64,000 nt of DNA from the human T2T-CHM13v2.0 reference genome, Homo sapiens. Position 1 is the first letter of the stretch. Every line of letters starts with the position of its first letter. Made by a program: the position numbers and the translations under genes. Positions 29,086-41,621 of this stretch are shown in pieces. The stretch lies in assembly GCF_009914755.1 (NCBI RefSeq), contig NC_060932.1. The stretch is one strand, 5' to 3'. The notes below the pieces were generated by a model, which had not been told where the DNA came from, searched no databases, and saw only the letters and a list, made by a program, of their open reading frames with translations.

Positions 29086-30649
29086 TTCATTCTTGTCTTG
29101 TTTCAGTCATTTTCTATTTCATTCAGCAATCTCAAATCTATCACTTTCTTCATCATCATAAGTGCATTCAATTTATTCAATCAAATTAATCAGGTGCCTT
29201 CATATTCTTAGGTTATAACTCAGTTCCACACTAGAAGTAGAGGTTTTTGGGTTGAAATATTGGTTTGGAAGAAAAGCTAGTCCCTCAGGAAATAATTCAA
29301 CAAACGGAACTCATATGAAGATGTTACCCTGACCTGTGGCCCTCTCCTTAACTCTGCAGAGCCAGTAACAAATTTTGGTGAGTCATAGATTAGAGCAGAC
29401 TTTGGCCAATGATTCAGGGCATAAAAGACTTCATTTTGAAAAGGAAAGATAGGAGAACCAGAAAATCCTCATGGTCAGCACTGCTTCTTCTCAGTGTAGG
29501 AAAATCTGCACAGGAAAGCACATGTGGTCATAATTAGAATGGGGTGGGCTTTGTGATAGAATAACCGGAATCACAGGATGTGTGCGTGTCTCTGAGCCAT
29601 AGTCCGTCGTCCCTGGGGCTGCACACATCTGCTGCTGCTGCACACACCTGCTGCTTGTCACGCACCTTCTTCAGACAGTGCCAAACACACATTGACTTGC
29701 TTGTGTACAGGTTTCTGTAAGCCTTTGCTTTCTTAGCTACAGTCATCTTTAAATCTCACCTCCCTGAGTTTAAAATCATGTTTATGAATCCTAAATTGTT
29801 AGACATAATTTAGCCTCCTAGTAAATTTATATTTGACCTATGAAATTGTTCCTCCAAATATCCCTGATTCTATACTTTTATTAATTTTGGCTAAACAGTT
29901 AATGACACAAAGACAGGTGGAGATGAAGTCCCTCTCACACAATACTGGAAGGAAGCCACAACTGTGTTTCCAATCCTCCTTTATCTCCTCAACCAGACTG
30001 CCCACTTGGTATTGACAAGCAAGTGCAGCTCTTGCATATGCACTTACAGACTATTTTTAAAAACTGGTTTTGAAAGTTCTAATGATTGTTTTCATGAGTA
30101 ACTTATGCTTTATTCTATGGGTTAGGAAATTATAAATACATTTTGAAAATGCATTGCTGATTGAAAGTGCATTACTGACAGAACACTGATTAGTAGAATT
30201 GTTGTAGGATGTTTTTCTGAAGTGAGCACTTGACAACTGACTGTCTTCTTTTGTCTATCAATACCAGCTGGGTTCTGGGAATATTGTGTAGTATATAAAT
30301 ATGGAGGTGCAGTTCAGGTACTGCAATGCAAGTCTACAAAAGTAGTTAGTCAGAGACTGTAATTTTGGTTATAAAACTACTTTCCTGTGAAGCAGGTTTT
30401 AAAATATGTTGAAGCAATATGAAATAGATTTATATCAAAGATCTTCTAGTCCAACTCCTCCCCATGCACATACAGTGCAAATCAGATACTAATTGTAGAA
30501 ACTTTGCCTTTTGAATACTGAAACATGGTAGCTAATTAACAAGCAAAGTATTTTTGAGGGTAGATGAGGAGACAGAAAAGGACAATCATATGCAGTATAA
30601 TTTCATGTAAAGAAGAGTTGCTGAAAATAATGAATTTTATAAAAGTTTG

Positions 30650-33025
30650 AAGAAGTTGCCAACAGTGAGGCTGGTGGTGGCTGTATTGTAATAAAGTTCA
30701 GGGGAGGCCTCTGTGAAGAGGGATTAGGCCAGTAAAGACATGAATATGTGAGGGCACAACCCATGTGGCTATCTGGGGGTAAATATTTCATGGGAACCAT
30801 AGAAGCAAAGGACTTAAGGCAGAAATGAGTTTGATGATTTGTGCAGGAAGGAGACCCACATGGCTGCAGTGAAGCTGGGCAAGGAGACGAGGGGAAGAGC
30901 TGGTTCCTGAAGGTCCCTGTTGGCCAAAACAAGATGTTTACATTTTATTAAATGTGTGAGACACTGTTAAATAATTTTGGAAAAAGAAAATTGATTTCCT
31001 AATTTATTTTATAAGATTATTTTGACAATACACTTACTTATAGGAATAAAATTTTTCTAAATATTAAAAGAAAAACACTCTGCAAGGTGGGGAGTAGAAC
31101 ATGTGGAATAGGCAATTGTGGAGGTGGAGGACCACAGTGGAGGCCGTTTTAGTAACAGCCACAAATAATTAGGGCATGGACTGTGGTGGAGGGCAGAGAG
31201 GTAGTAAAATAGCCAAATTGGGGGAATATATTCTGAAGGTAGAACTGACTGATTGTAAAGTTTTTTGGTAATGATATACTAAAACAATCAAAATACCTCA
31301 TACATTTCTGTCTGAGGAACTTGGTAAATAGTAATGACATTTACCAAGATAAAGAAGAGAAAGAGAAGAGTGATTTGGTAAGGGAAGAGAAAGAAAAGGG
31401 AGTGACAGAGCAAGGGTGCTTGTTTAATCACATCAGGTTTGGGTTATTTATTAGGTTTCAGAGTGGGGATGGTGACTAAGTAAGTAGATACACTGTTCTG
31501 GAATCTCAGTGGGAGCCTCACATCACACCTATATTGATGTACCGAAGGCCTTTGAAGCTGTAGAGCTGAATGAGTTCTTTGTAAAGAGTGAGTGTAGATT
31601 GAGAAACAGAGTTCTGAATATCCAACTGTGAAACATTGTGTATTCCAACATTTAGAGGTCAGACCAAGGGACATCCAGCAAAGACTGAGAAGAAATAGCC
31701 AATGAGGTAAGAAGGAAAGCATCAAGAAAGCAGTGTCTGTGAGGATAGTAAAAATGTATATGAAGACAAGGAGACAGTAAACTGCTCACTGTTTCTGAGA
31801 GGCCATTAATAGAACCCTTATGATTGGCTGTTGTGGGAAGTCAGGGACCCTGAACGGAGGGACAGGCTGAAGCCATGGCAGAAGAATGTGGATTGTGATG
31901 ATTTCGTGGACATTTATGAGTTGCCCAAATTAATACTTTTATAATTTCTTACGCCTGTCTTTACTGCAACCTCTGAACATAAATTGTGAAGATTTCATGG
32001 ACACTTATCACTTCCCTAATCAATACCCTTATGATTTCCTATGCCTGTCTTTAATCTCTTAATCCCGTCATCTTCGTAAGCTGAGGAGGATGTATGTCAC
32101 CTCAGGACCCTGTGATGGTTGTGTTAACTGCACAAATTGTTTCTAGAGCATATGTGTTTGAACAATATGAATTCTGGGCACCTTCAAAAAAGAACAGGAT
32201 AACAGCAATGTTCAGGGAACAAGAGAGATAACCTTAAACTCTGACCACTGGTGAGCCGGGTGGAACAGAGCCATATTTCTCTTCTTTCAAAAGCAAATGG
32301 GAGAAATATTGCTGAATTCTTTTTCTCAGCAAGGAAATCCCTGAGAAAGAGAATACATCCCTGAGGGTAGGCCTCTAAAATGGCCGCTTCAGGGGGTGGC
32401 CATCTTTTATGGTCAAAGCTGTAGGGATGAAATAAGCCCCAGTATCCCGTAGTGCTCCCAGGCTTATTAGGACAAGGAAATTCCCGCCTAATAAATTTTG
32501 GTCAGACCGGTTGTCTGCTCTCAAACCCTGTCTCCCAATAAGATGTTATCAATGACAATGCGTGCCCGGAAACTTCATTAGCAATTTTAATTTCACCCCG
32601 GTCCTGTGGTCCTGTGATCTCGCCCTGCCTCCATTTGCCTTGTGATATTCTATTACCTTGTGAAGCACATGATCTCTGTGACCCAAACCCTATTCTTACA
32701 CTCCCTCCCCTTTTGAAAATTGTTAATAAAAACTTGCTGGTTTTACGGCTTAGGGGACATCAGGGAACCTGCCAACATGTGATGTCTTCCCCTGACACCC
32801 AGCTTTAAAATTTCTCTCTTTTGTACTCTGTCCCTTTATCTCTCAGACCAGCCAACACTTAGGGAAAATAGAAAAGAACCTATGTGAAATATTGGGGGTG
32901 AATTATGCCTGATAATTGGCCATTGGTTTCGACATTGTGCGGTCATTCTTAACTTGGACATGACCCCTTTCAATGGAGAAAAGGTGACAGTAGCCTGATT
33001 GAAATGGGTTCAAGAAATAATGGGC
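30650..33025 (-). mobile_element. L2a-like long fragment, split by MER11
   Basis: G-rich antisense L2 motifs on both sides of MER11 (ccatgtggctatctgggg; acatttagaggtcag; gcctgattgaaatgggttcaaga). Confidence 0.7.
31829..32914 (+). mobile_element. MER11 (B/C-like) solo LTR of HERVK11/HML-8
   Basis: Starts tgttgtgggaagtcagggaccc; 1086 bp; AATAAA near 32725; perfect 6-bp TSD ATTGGC at 31823-31828 and 32915-32920. Confidence 0.95.
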
Positions 33026-34273
33026 TTTAATGCAGCAGTTAGGATATACAAAGACAGAGAAGACATCCTACCTTTTCATAAAAATAAGAAAAATCTAGAT
33101 CAAATATCTGTGAGTGACACAGTGAATCATGGTTGAAATTAATTCCAGGAAATGAATCTCTTCATAGGGGAGCAGAAAACAGCACAAACTACCTGGGGGC
33201 AAACTCAGGCTCTGTGTTCAGTGTTACAAATTAAAAAGAAAGGTTGGCAAAGATTAGAGACTTTACTGGATTGAGGGGAGGCCAGCCAATCTAGTGGCAC
33301 TGGGAGGATTTAGCAGGGTAGGTTAGTGTCTGGGAAAGATACAAAGCATTAATAGTTCAATTAATTCATCAATTCAACACTCTTCCTCTAATTTTGCTGA
33401 GAGGCTATCAGTACAAGCATGATAAAACTTGAATAAATAATTTATGTAAGTTTGTGCATAAAGGGCCCTGCTGTAACTGAATCAAAGGTGAGTCTGAGGT
33501 TGATGCATGGACCAACTCTCTCCAGTTTAAATACTAGTGGGATCTGAGATTCAGCTACTGTAAGCCTTAAATAACCTGTTTTTCAAAGCTTATATCCTGA
33601 ATGCAAGTCTCAAACTCTTGAAATATGCCATTCAAAGCCATGTGTCCCAGAAGTGTGATTTTGCCAGTGTATCAGTGGTTATTATAGTTATAGGGGGCAA
33701 CACATATTTCAAGTGAGTTGCTTGAAATAATTTAGAAAAAAATGGTGCTTTAAGTTAATATGAGAGGGGGAAATGATTATTTCTCTCATCTGTGCCACAC
33801 TCCAGCACTAAAAATCTGTGTAGAATTGAAATTCTTATGTGATAGAGTGGATAAATTGCCTCAGAGGAGGTAGAGATATGGAAGACACTAGAAATGCCTT
33901 CACATGGATGAAGTAAGTAGAGCTTTTCAACTCAGTCATGGCCTGTGGATAACTCTTTAGTGAGGAAACTGCCGTTGCTGATTTTTTTCTCCTCTATCCC
34001 CCACACTCACATCCATGTACCCACTTCTTCATGTTTATCTTCTTACTATTGGAACTGGATCATTGCATTATACTTACACATTCAGTAATGAGGTGCCGTA
34101 TGCTGTGTGGACACAAGAGCCACCCCACTTAGCTCCAACAGTAAGGAGCAGCAAAAGCATGTTCCCCCAAGGATAGCAGCTAGGTAATGGGAAGCCGTGT
34201 ACCTACACATAATTCAGTGTCAGAATTAATGGCTACTGACTTAGAAAGCTCATTTCTTTGCCTTCTAATGCTT

Positions 34274-34656
34274 ATGGTACAAGTTTGCTACAGCCGTCAT
34301 AGCAAAGAACCACCGACTGGGTGATTTAGAGAACACAAATTGTTTTCACTCAGTTTTGGGGGCTGAAGGTCTGAAATGGAGGAGTTTCCAGGGTTGGCTT
34401 CTCCCAGACTGCTCTCCTTGGCTAGCAGATGGTTTTCTGTTCCCTATGTCTTCATGGACTTCCCTTTGTCTGTATGTCATCTCATCTCCTCCTCTTGTAA
34501 GGCACCGGTCATATTGGATTAGGGCCTGTTCTAAGGACATCATTTTAACTTAATTATCTTTTTGAAGACCCTGTCTCCAAATATGCAATCAGATTCTGAG
34601 GAGCTGGGGAGTTAACACTTCAACATTTAAATTTGAGGGGCCACAATTGATTCATA
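34274..34656 (-). mobile_element. MLT1A0-like MaLR LTR
   Basis: accaccgactgggtg, gtcatattggattagggcc, attttaacttaatta...gaccctgtctccaaat, ggggccacaatt. Confidence 0.85.
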
Positions 34657-34803
34657 TGTTTATATATAGATGCAATATATATATAATTGCATAATAAATA
34701 TTATTCATTGAATTATTCATAACATGATTGAAAGTATATAATTCAATGTTATTCATTTATTATGTGATTATATATATTTTGCATCTATATATAAATATAT
34801 GAA
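34651..34803. repeat. AT-rich imperfect inverted repeat (66-bp arms, 21-bp loop)
   Basis: 34651-34716 vs reverse complement of 34738-34803: 56/66 identical by manual alignment. Confidence 0.92.
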
Positions 34804-34939
34804 CTGTAAGCATGTAGATATTTTGTTTACAGGTTCATTGCTTGCATCTGGACATTGAGAAACAATGTAATGGAAAAAATAAAAGTACTCATATGAACAC
34901 TAATTCTTAAAGTAGAGGATGTGTTAAATTAGTGGTTGA

Positions 34940-35300
34940 GATAATTCATTCAAATTCAGAAATTTATTCTACCCATCCATTAATAAGTGATTACATGCCA
35001 GGCACTGTGCATTCACAATTGTATTCAAAGAACTCATGGTCTAGATTGACAGAAGGATACATAAACTAAATATTTTAATATAGATTACTAATATGAGTAT
35101 TAAAATAAAAGGGAAGTGCTACGTTTAATCCGAACTTCTGAGTTCTAAAAAGATATTCAGGAGGATGTGAAGTTCATACCAGATCCTTAAAGATGAATAA
35201 GCTTTATCCTGGTTCAGGACATTGACAGGCATAAAAGAAGGGAGAGAGAAAGGGATTCCAGTTGGAGTCACAGCATGAAAAAGGCATGGAGTCCTGAATC
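34940..35300 (-). mobile_element. L2 3' fragment
   Basis: attcattcaa...atgccaggcactgtgc...aagaactcatggtctag. Confidence 0.6.
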
Positions 35301-35729
35301 AGCTTTGATTATTAATCAATATTTCCTGATTGATTCTTTAAACGGCTCACCTTTGACATAATGAAGTTAAGTCTGATTCCTTAGCTCAGCGTCTGAAGCC
35401 TTCCAGCTTTGGGCTGCAGCTCAGTTTTCTAAGTTTATCTCACTATTCTCCAGAAATATATGGTATGTATAATTAAGATGACTTCCATGTAAAAGCCTTG
35501 TTTTTTCCTGGCCTTTGTGAGTTTTTTTAGAATTATTTATGTATTTATTTTTTACTAATAAGTGAATGAGGAAAAATTGTTCTGTCTTCTTTATAACACA
35601 GCTCATTTCTACTAATCCTTAACCTAACATATCCAATGCTTTCACCTCCATAAACTTTTGTGCACCCCAAACAGCTAGATCTCCCTATCTTGACTGTTCA
35701 CATTCACTATTATTTGTGTTTCCATAAAC

Positions 35730-36775
35730 TTTGGCCTCTGGCTGGACTCCTTGTCTCAACATCCACCTCTACCATTTCCTGGCTATGCAACCTTGGCTAG
35801 ATAACTTCACTGGCCTCAGATAAGCAAGATATGTAACAGGGTTAATAAAAGTCTCTGTATCAATGAAATTTTTGTGGTACATGTTATTTCTTTTATTTTG
35901 AAAATTGAATATGCTAACAGATAATGGGCGAATACCTAAGAAGTATGTGAAGTACTCAGGAAGTGCTATGAATTTTTGCTCTCACAGTATTTTTGTTCTG
36001 TTTTGTTTTTTCTTATAGTCCTTAGATAGTGACTTCCATGAAATGAGAAATTAAGGTTTGAGAGTTTGTGTGTACTGACTCAGGCTAGCTGGTTTAGGAA
36101 GCCTGGTCTGTGCATGGAGTCAAGGAAATCCAGGTTTATATCCAAGCTCTGCTAATAGCTGGCTGTGTGACCTTGAGGGTTGCAGTAAACCTCACTGATT
36201 CACAGCATCCTTACCTATAAAATAGGAGCAATACAACTTTCCTTTCAGGAAATTAAGTTAATTTTATAGTACATGTAACATTATGACTCATAAACAATGG
36301 ATGGGTAATAAATAACCTTATCATTATCAGTTCCCTTTTGTTTTAGTTGCATTACTAGTATTGGTAGTAATCATTGCTGTTCAATAGCACACACTCTAAA
36401 AGATATCGTGTGGGGGGGATTATAAGACAGACACCCCCACAGTCTCACAATTTAGGGTTTGAACCCTAGGCTTAACAGTTAAGCTTTGGGGAGATTTTTT
36501 TCTTAATCTGAGTATCAATTTTCTCTTCTTTGACAGGTAAATAATAATACTTATGTCTCAGAGTTTTCTGAGGGTGAAACAGGATAGTGTTTGTAAATCC
36601 GTCAGTGTGTGATAGGAACTCAATAAGCTTCTGTAGAATGAATGTCAGGTCTCTAGAATGAAATGCCAAATGATCTAATTTCTGTTTTCAAATTTGCTAC
36701 TATTAAAGTGATTGTGTGATTTTAGAAACATTATTTCATTTCCTTGTCTAAAATATGAATGAATTCAACTAAATT
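35730..36775 (+). mobile_element. Cluster of 3-4 MIR/MIR3 fragments
   Basis: gctgtgtgaccttg...cttacctataaaatagg (36100-36330); further cores at ~35760, ~36460 and ~36650. Confidence 0.6.
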
Positions 36776-37452
36776 ATTTTTTTAACATTTTTAAGTTTTT
36801 TTTTGTTTTTATAAATGTATGTGGTACAAGTGTCATTTTGTTACATGAATATATTGCATCGTGGTGAAGCCTAGGCTGTCTATGTAGCCATCACAGAGTA
36901 AGGTACATTGTACCCATTAAGTAATTTCTCACCATCCACTCACCTCCAACCTCCTCATTTTCCACGTCTTCCATGTCTATCACTCCACACTTGATGTCCA
37001 CGTGCACATGTTATTTGGACTGCACTTATAAGTGAGAACGTGCGATATTTGTCTGTGTCTGAGTTGTTTCACTTAAGATAATGGCCTCCAGTTCAATCCA
37101 TTTTCCTGGACAAGACATGATTTCATTTTTTTTATGACTGAGTAGTATTCCATTACATACTTTTTAAAAAATCCAGTCATCCATCGAGGCACACTTAGGT
37201 TGATTCCATAACTTTGTGATTACGAATACTGCTGCAATAAGAATACAAGTCTTTTTGATATAATGATTTATTTTCCTTTGGGTAGATGCACAGCAGTGAG
37301 ATTGCCAGATCAAAAGGGAGTTCTATTTTTAGTTCTTTGAGGAATGTCTACACTGTTTTCCATAGAGATTGTTACTAATTTACATTCCCACCAATAGTAC
37401 ATTACATTCCCTTTTCTATGCATCCCTGCTAACATCTGTTATTTTCTGTCTG
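36776..37452 (-). mobile_element. 5'-truncated L1PB4-like
   Basis: ggtacaagtgtcattttgttacatgaatatattgcatcgtggtgaag...gtacccattaagtaatttctc 3'UTR. Confidence 0.85.
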
Positions 37453-37535
37453 ATTGGTGAAAATTTAAAAAAAAGAAGGAGGAAAGGAAAAAAAAAAAAG
37501 AAAAAAAAAAAGAAAAGAAATTATCCCTAACATTC

Positions 37536-38695
37536 TGTGGTAGATATGGTAGGTTGATAGTTAATATTTATTTCACCATCCTTATAATACAGGCTTATCT
37601 CTTTCCAGAGCAAAAGAAACGTTACCCAACAAAATCCCCTTTGCTACTACACTCAGTTAGCACTCCTTCAAATAAAATGCCTGTAACAAATGTGAAAATA
37701 TAAATTAGAATTGAACAGAATAGTAGATAGAATAGAAAATATCTGGGTGCTTCACACCTAGGGAGAGTTAGTGTTATTTTAGAACACATGTATGTAAATA
37801 TACTTGTATGGTGATAATAATGACTAGGTTTCTAAGCTACACTTTTTTTTAGTGAAAATAAATGGAGGTGTCCAGGGTTGAAAAGGAAAAGCAAGGCTGC
37901 TGCTTATTTCACGGACATAAAACACTTAAATTCATCAGAGAACGCTCAGGGCATAGGGATTAGCCTCCTTTATTGAAAGGGCAATTTTAGTTGAATGAGT
38001 GGTAAGTACAACAGCAAAAAGGATTTTGTCTATCTGCGTATGTGGATTTATGTGTACTGCATTGTCATGTAAAGTATGTTCTCTCTCTCTCTCTTTTTTT
38101 TTTACAACCAAATATGTTTTAAAAACAGACTTCCAATATGCTTTCCTTTACTGTAGAAGCTGGATAGTTAAACATTAAGATTTACCAGATTACCTGGTAG
38201 TTAGGATTCCATATGGGATTTGGATTCAAGGAATCAGACGCTGATGTGAGATACAGATGAAGGAATGAAGTAAAGGCTTTGATGCTGTTGGAGATCACAT
38301 GCTTTTGTTCTGGTAGGTGTGAGAGAACAGGCATTGGGTTTTCCTATGGAAATGTTGGGTCCTAACTATCTTGAGCGTTGAAAAGACTTGTGCTGTTCAT
38401 TTCACGATGGAATTTCAACACAGGCAGGGTGCAGGTCTTGATCCTGGCTGGCAGTTCACAGTGAGCTTCATTCCAGAGGCATATATTCCTGGTTCCTCAG
38501 TTCATGAGTGTCACAGATTTCACGTCTCCTCTGGCAGGCAGCATCATTCTAGTATAATTTCCGGAAGTAAAGCATAGAGTAACTTCTTCAGCCCTTCCAA
38601 AATGTTGTGGGCAACCTCATTCTCTTTTTAATTCCTTTAAGCTTCAAATAGGTCAAATGTTCTAGGTTATTTGCAGCAGAATCCTTGCTAATGTA
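37536..38695 (+). mobile_element. LTR33-like LTR, interrupted at ~37610-38130
   Basis: tgtggtagata start; resumes actgtagaagctggatagttaaa...ggtagttaggattcc...aatcagacgc; highly diverged. Confidence 0.45.
37683..38130. mobile_element. hAT-Charlie MITE (MER112-like), left end lost, carrying a ~220-bp insert
   Basis: aatagaaaatatctgggtgcttcacac...; resumes gtgtactgcattgtcatgtaaagtatg after 38030. Confidence 0.55.
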
Positions 38696-40177
38696 GTTTG
38701 TTTCATTTTTAATACCCTGAGATGATAATGATGGTGCTCATAGCAGTGATAATAATGACTGGATTCCTAAGCTCAATTTTCTTTCATCCAAAATAAATGG
38801 AAGTATCTAGGGTTGAAAAGGAAGACCAAGGCTGCTGCTTACTTCATGGAAAAAACATACTTAGTTATTTGTATCAGAGAATGCTCAGGGCATAGGTATT
38901 ACCTTGCTTTGCCGAATAGGCGTTTTATTTGAAGGAGTGCTAACTGAATGTAGTAGCAAAGGAGATTTTGTTGGGTAATGTTTGTTTTGCATAAACACAG
39001 GAGAGAGAGGCATCACGTGGGTCTGAGGAAGGATATTAGTGCTCCCGCTCAATGCTTCCCTGGGGCTTTGATGGTGTACAAACTGCTGCAACGTAACAGA
39101 CAGCATTTTGGAATAAACTCAGGGTCTAGCACATTTTTTATTACATCTTTGCAGTTGTGTAAATTAAAGCTGCTAAAATGGCCTTCATTTCTGTTTTAAT
39201 TTAAATCCAGTCAAAAGATGTACTGCTCTAGCTGCCATTCAGTATAATTCTGTATCAAATTATATTTCTCAGCAAAATTATTATAAAATCCTAAAAACAG
39301 AGGTTTATAATAGCAAATGCCAGTTTCATTCATGGAAGCTCAGAGAATCACAATGATGTGAATTTCTTCAGGGAATTAGACTCCGTCTGTGGCAGCTAAA
39401 AGTATGCGTGAATGGAAGGAGCGCCAAGGAAACGCGTTTATGCTGGAAGAGCCAGCACACTCTGCTCCTGTGCCTCTCTAGCCACAAAGAAATCACTTCT
39501 AGGCTTTTTGCTAAACCACACATAATGTTCCTAATTGTTGTGGCGGGAAAATTAAAGACAGGCATATGTTGAAAAATAAGGCAACCCGGATAGCGGGGAA
39601 GTGATTAACACGATAGCGTGATTTCCGCTGGTTAGAGGCCAGGACCTACTTGAAGGTGAAGTCTTCTAGTTTGAATTAAAAATTTTCTTTCTGAATAAGC
39701 ATTTTTACTTGTTTAAATATTTAAAATATCAGTGTCTGTGAGTTCTCAGCAATAAGTAAATGGCCAGTAGTTACACTTTTAATGTGAGATGTAAAAACAC
39801 ATAATCTAAACATAGAAACATATGGGCACAGAGATTCAAATGGTGGATAATGTCTTTTTTGCACAAGATTAAAGTATATTTCTTATGATCTTGAAAAGCC
39901 ATGTTTAAAACAAAGTGTTTATTTAAATGGCAGATATTTTCTCATTTAAGTGTCAACGAAATGAGGTCCACTCAAAGAGAAGAGAAAGGTTAACATATAT
40001 ACATATATAGGGACAGTTGTTGAATAGTACATTAACCCTAATTATAGTGGATCAACATGCTTGTTTAAACATTAACTTCACAGTTCATGTTATCTTTTTG
40101 CATCTGTCTGACATTTATTTGACATCTATGGTTTTCCTGGATAGGGTACATTGGGTTGATGTCCTGACATGGCTTAC

Positions 40178-40653
40178 TGAGGGCAGAATAGGGTCTGGAG
40201 AAAGGAAACCTAAGGTAGATTCATGCTGACTTCCTAGAACTCAATCAAAAGGAAAATTCCAACTTTCCACTCCTAAGTAACAAAAGGACTCTTTGCAACC
40301 TTCCCCTTTCTTTCTGCGTGGCAGTTGAAAAATTGAAAGTACGTCTTCGTATCTTCACTTCAGCCTCTGATTGGTCCCCTCCAGCAACCAATCAGACTGA
40401 TCATGGGCCACTACTTCATTTACATAGGGTGTACACCAAGTAACCAATGGGAAATGTGTTGAGGATATTTAAGGCCCTGAAAATTCTGTAACCAGGCTCT
40501 TAACCACCTTAATGGGACCCACTTCTACTGTGCAGAGTGTACTTTCATTTTTCAATAAATCTCTGCTTTTGTTACTTCGTTCATTCCTTGCTTTATTCGT
40601 GTGTTTTGTCCAGTTCTTTGTTCAAGATGCCAAAAACGTGGAAACCCTTAACA
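40178..40653 (+). mobile_element. MER51-family ERV1 solo LTR
   Basis: agaatagggtctggag...gctgacttcctagaact; CCAAT boxes; AATAAA; TG...CA ends; near 4-bp TSD ttac/taac. Confidence 0.88.
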
Positions 40654-41474
40654 TAACTACATTGTTACTTAATGGGACAGACCCTTTCTCATGTCATGCC
40701 TCATGCCTGAGCTTAGTAGATGATAGGTATATGTTCAGCTGAGGAAATGGATTAATTCAACTTCATTACATGTTTTTCAGGTCTAATTTCTTTTAACTTC
40801 TCAATATTTTAGCAAACATACTTATTGTCTCACATATTTTTAGAACACTTCCATTCATCAGCTCTTCACTGACTTTAAATCCTTTTATTGATTCAAAGTT
40901 TATTGAGCAACTTCAATGAAATACGTTACAATATGATACCTGCATAAAGAAGACAATTTTCTGCCTAAAAGTACACAATGGCATAACAAGGTTTTGGGGT
41001 TTTTAAAAATGTGGATCACATTATTATGGAAACTGAGGAGAGGTATTGAACCTACCCTGGTATGACTGAGAGGTCAGGAATTCCTCCACATGGAACTGAT
41101 ACACAGGCCTGATTTTAAAAGATGAAGAGAAAAATATCTGGCTATAAATCTCCATCTTCTGTGGCGACCTCTCATAAACACCTTCCGTGGCTTTCCTCAA
41201 ATTAATGAATGAATCTTTTCAGATGATTTACAATGAGATTCCTTTATGATACTTGTCTGACTCTTTCCTGTGGCACTTGTAGTTTATTTATATTACTACA
41301 GTGTATAAAAATTTCCCTTCCAAACAGATGCCCATCTTAATATTTTCTGCATCCTGAAGTCTTTTTCATGGTACATCCTGAGTAGTTCCATGTGTCCTTG
41401 TGTCACAGTAAAGCAGTTGGCCTCTCTTGGATAGAGTGTATGATTATTGTCATATTCCATATTCTTTCTTGCAT

Positions 41475-41621
41475 GTTGATTATATACCCCTGCGCTGTGG
41501 AATCAGACATGCCTATATGACTTGCTTTGGCCAATAAAACATAAATGGAAATGATATTTGTCATTCCAGGAAGAAGCACTATAAGAAACCTAATGTGGTA
41601 CACTATGTTGTCTTTTACTCT
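41475..41621 (+). mobile_element. Old MLT1 (J/K-like) fragment
   Basis: tgacttgctttggccaataaaa...ggaaatgata. Confidence 0.55.
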
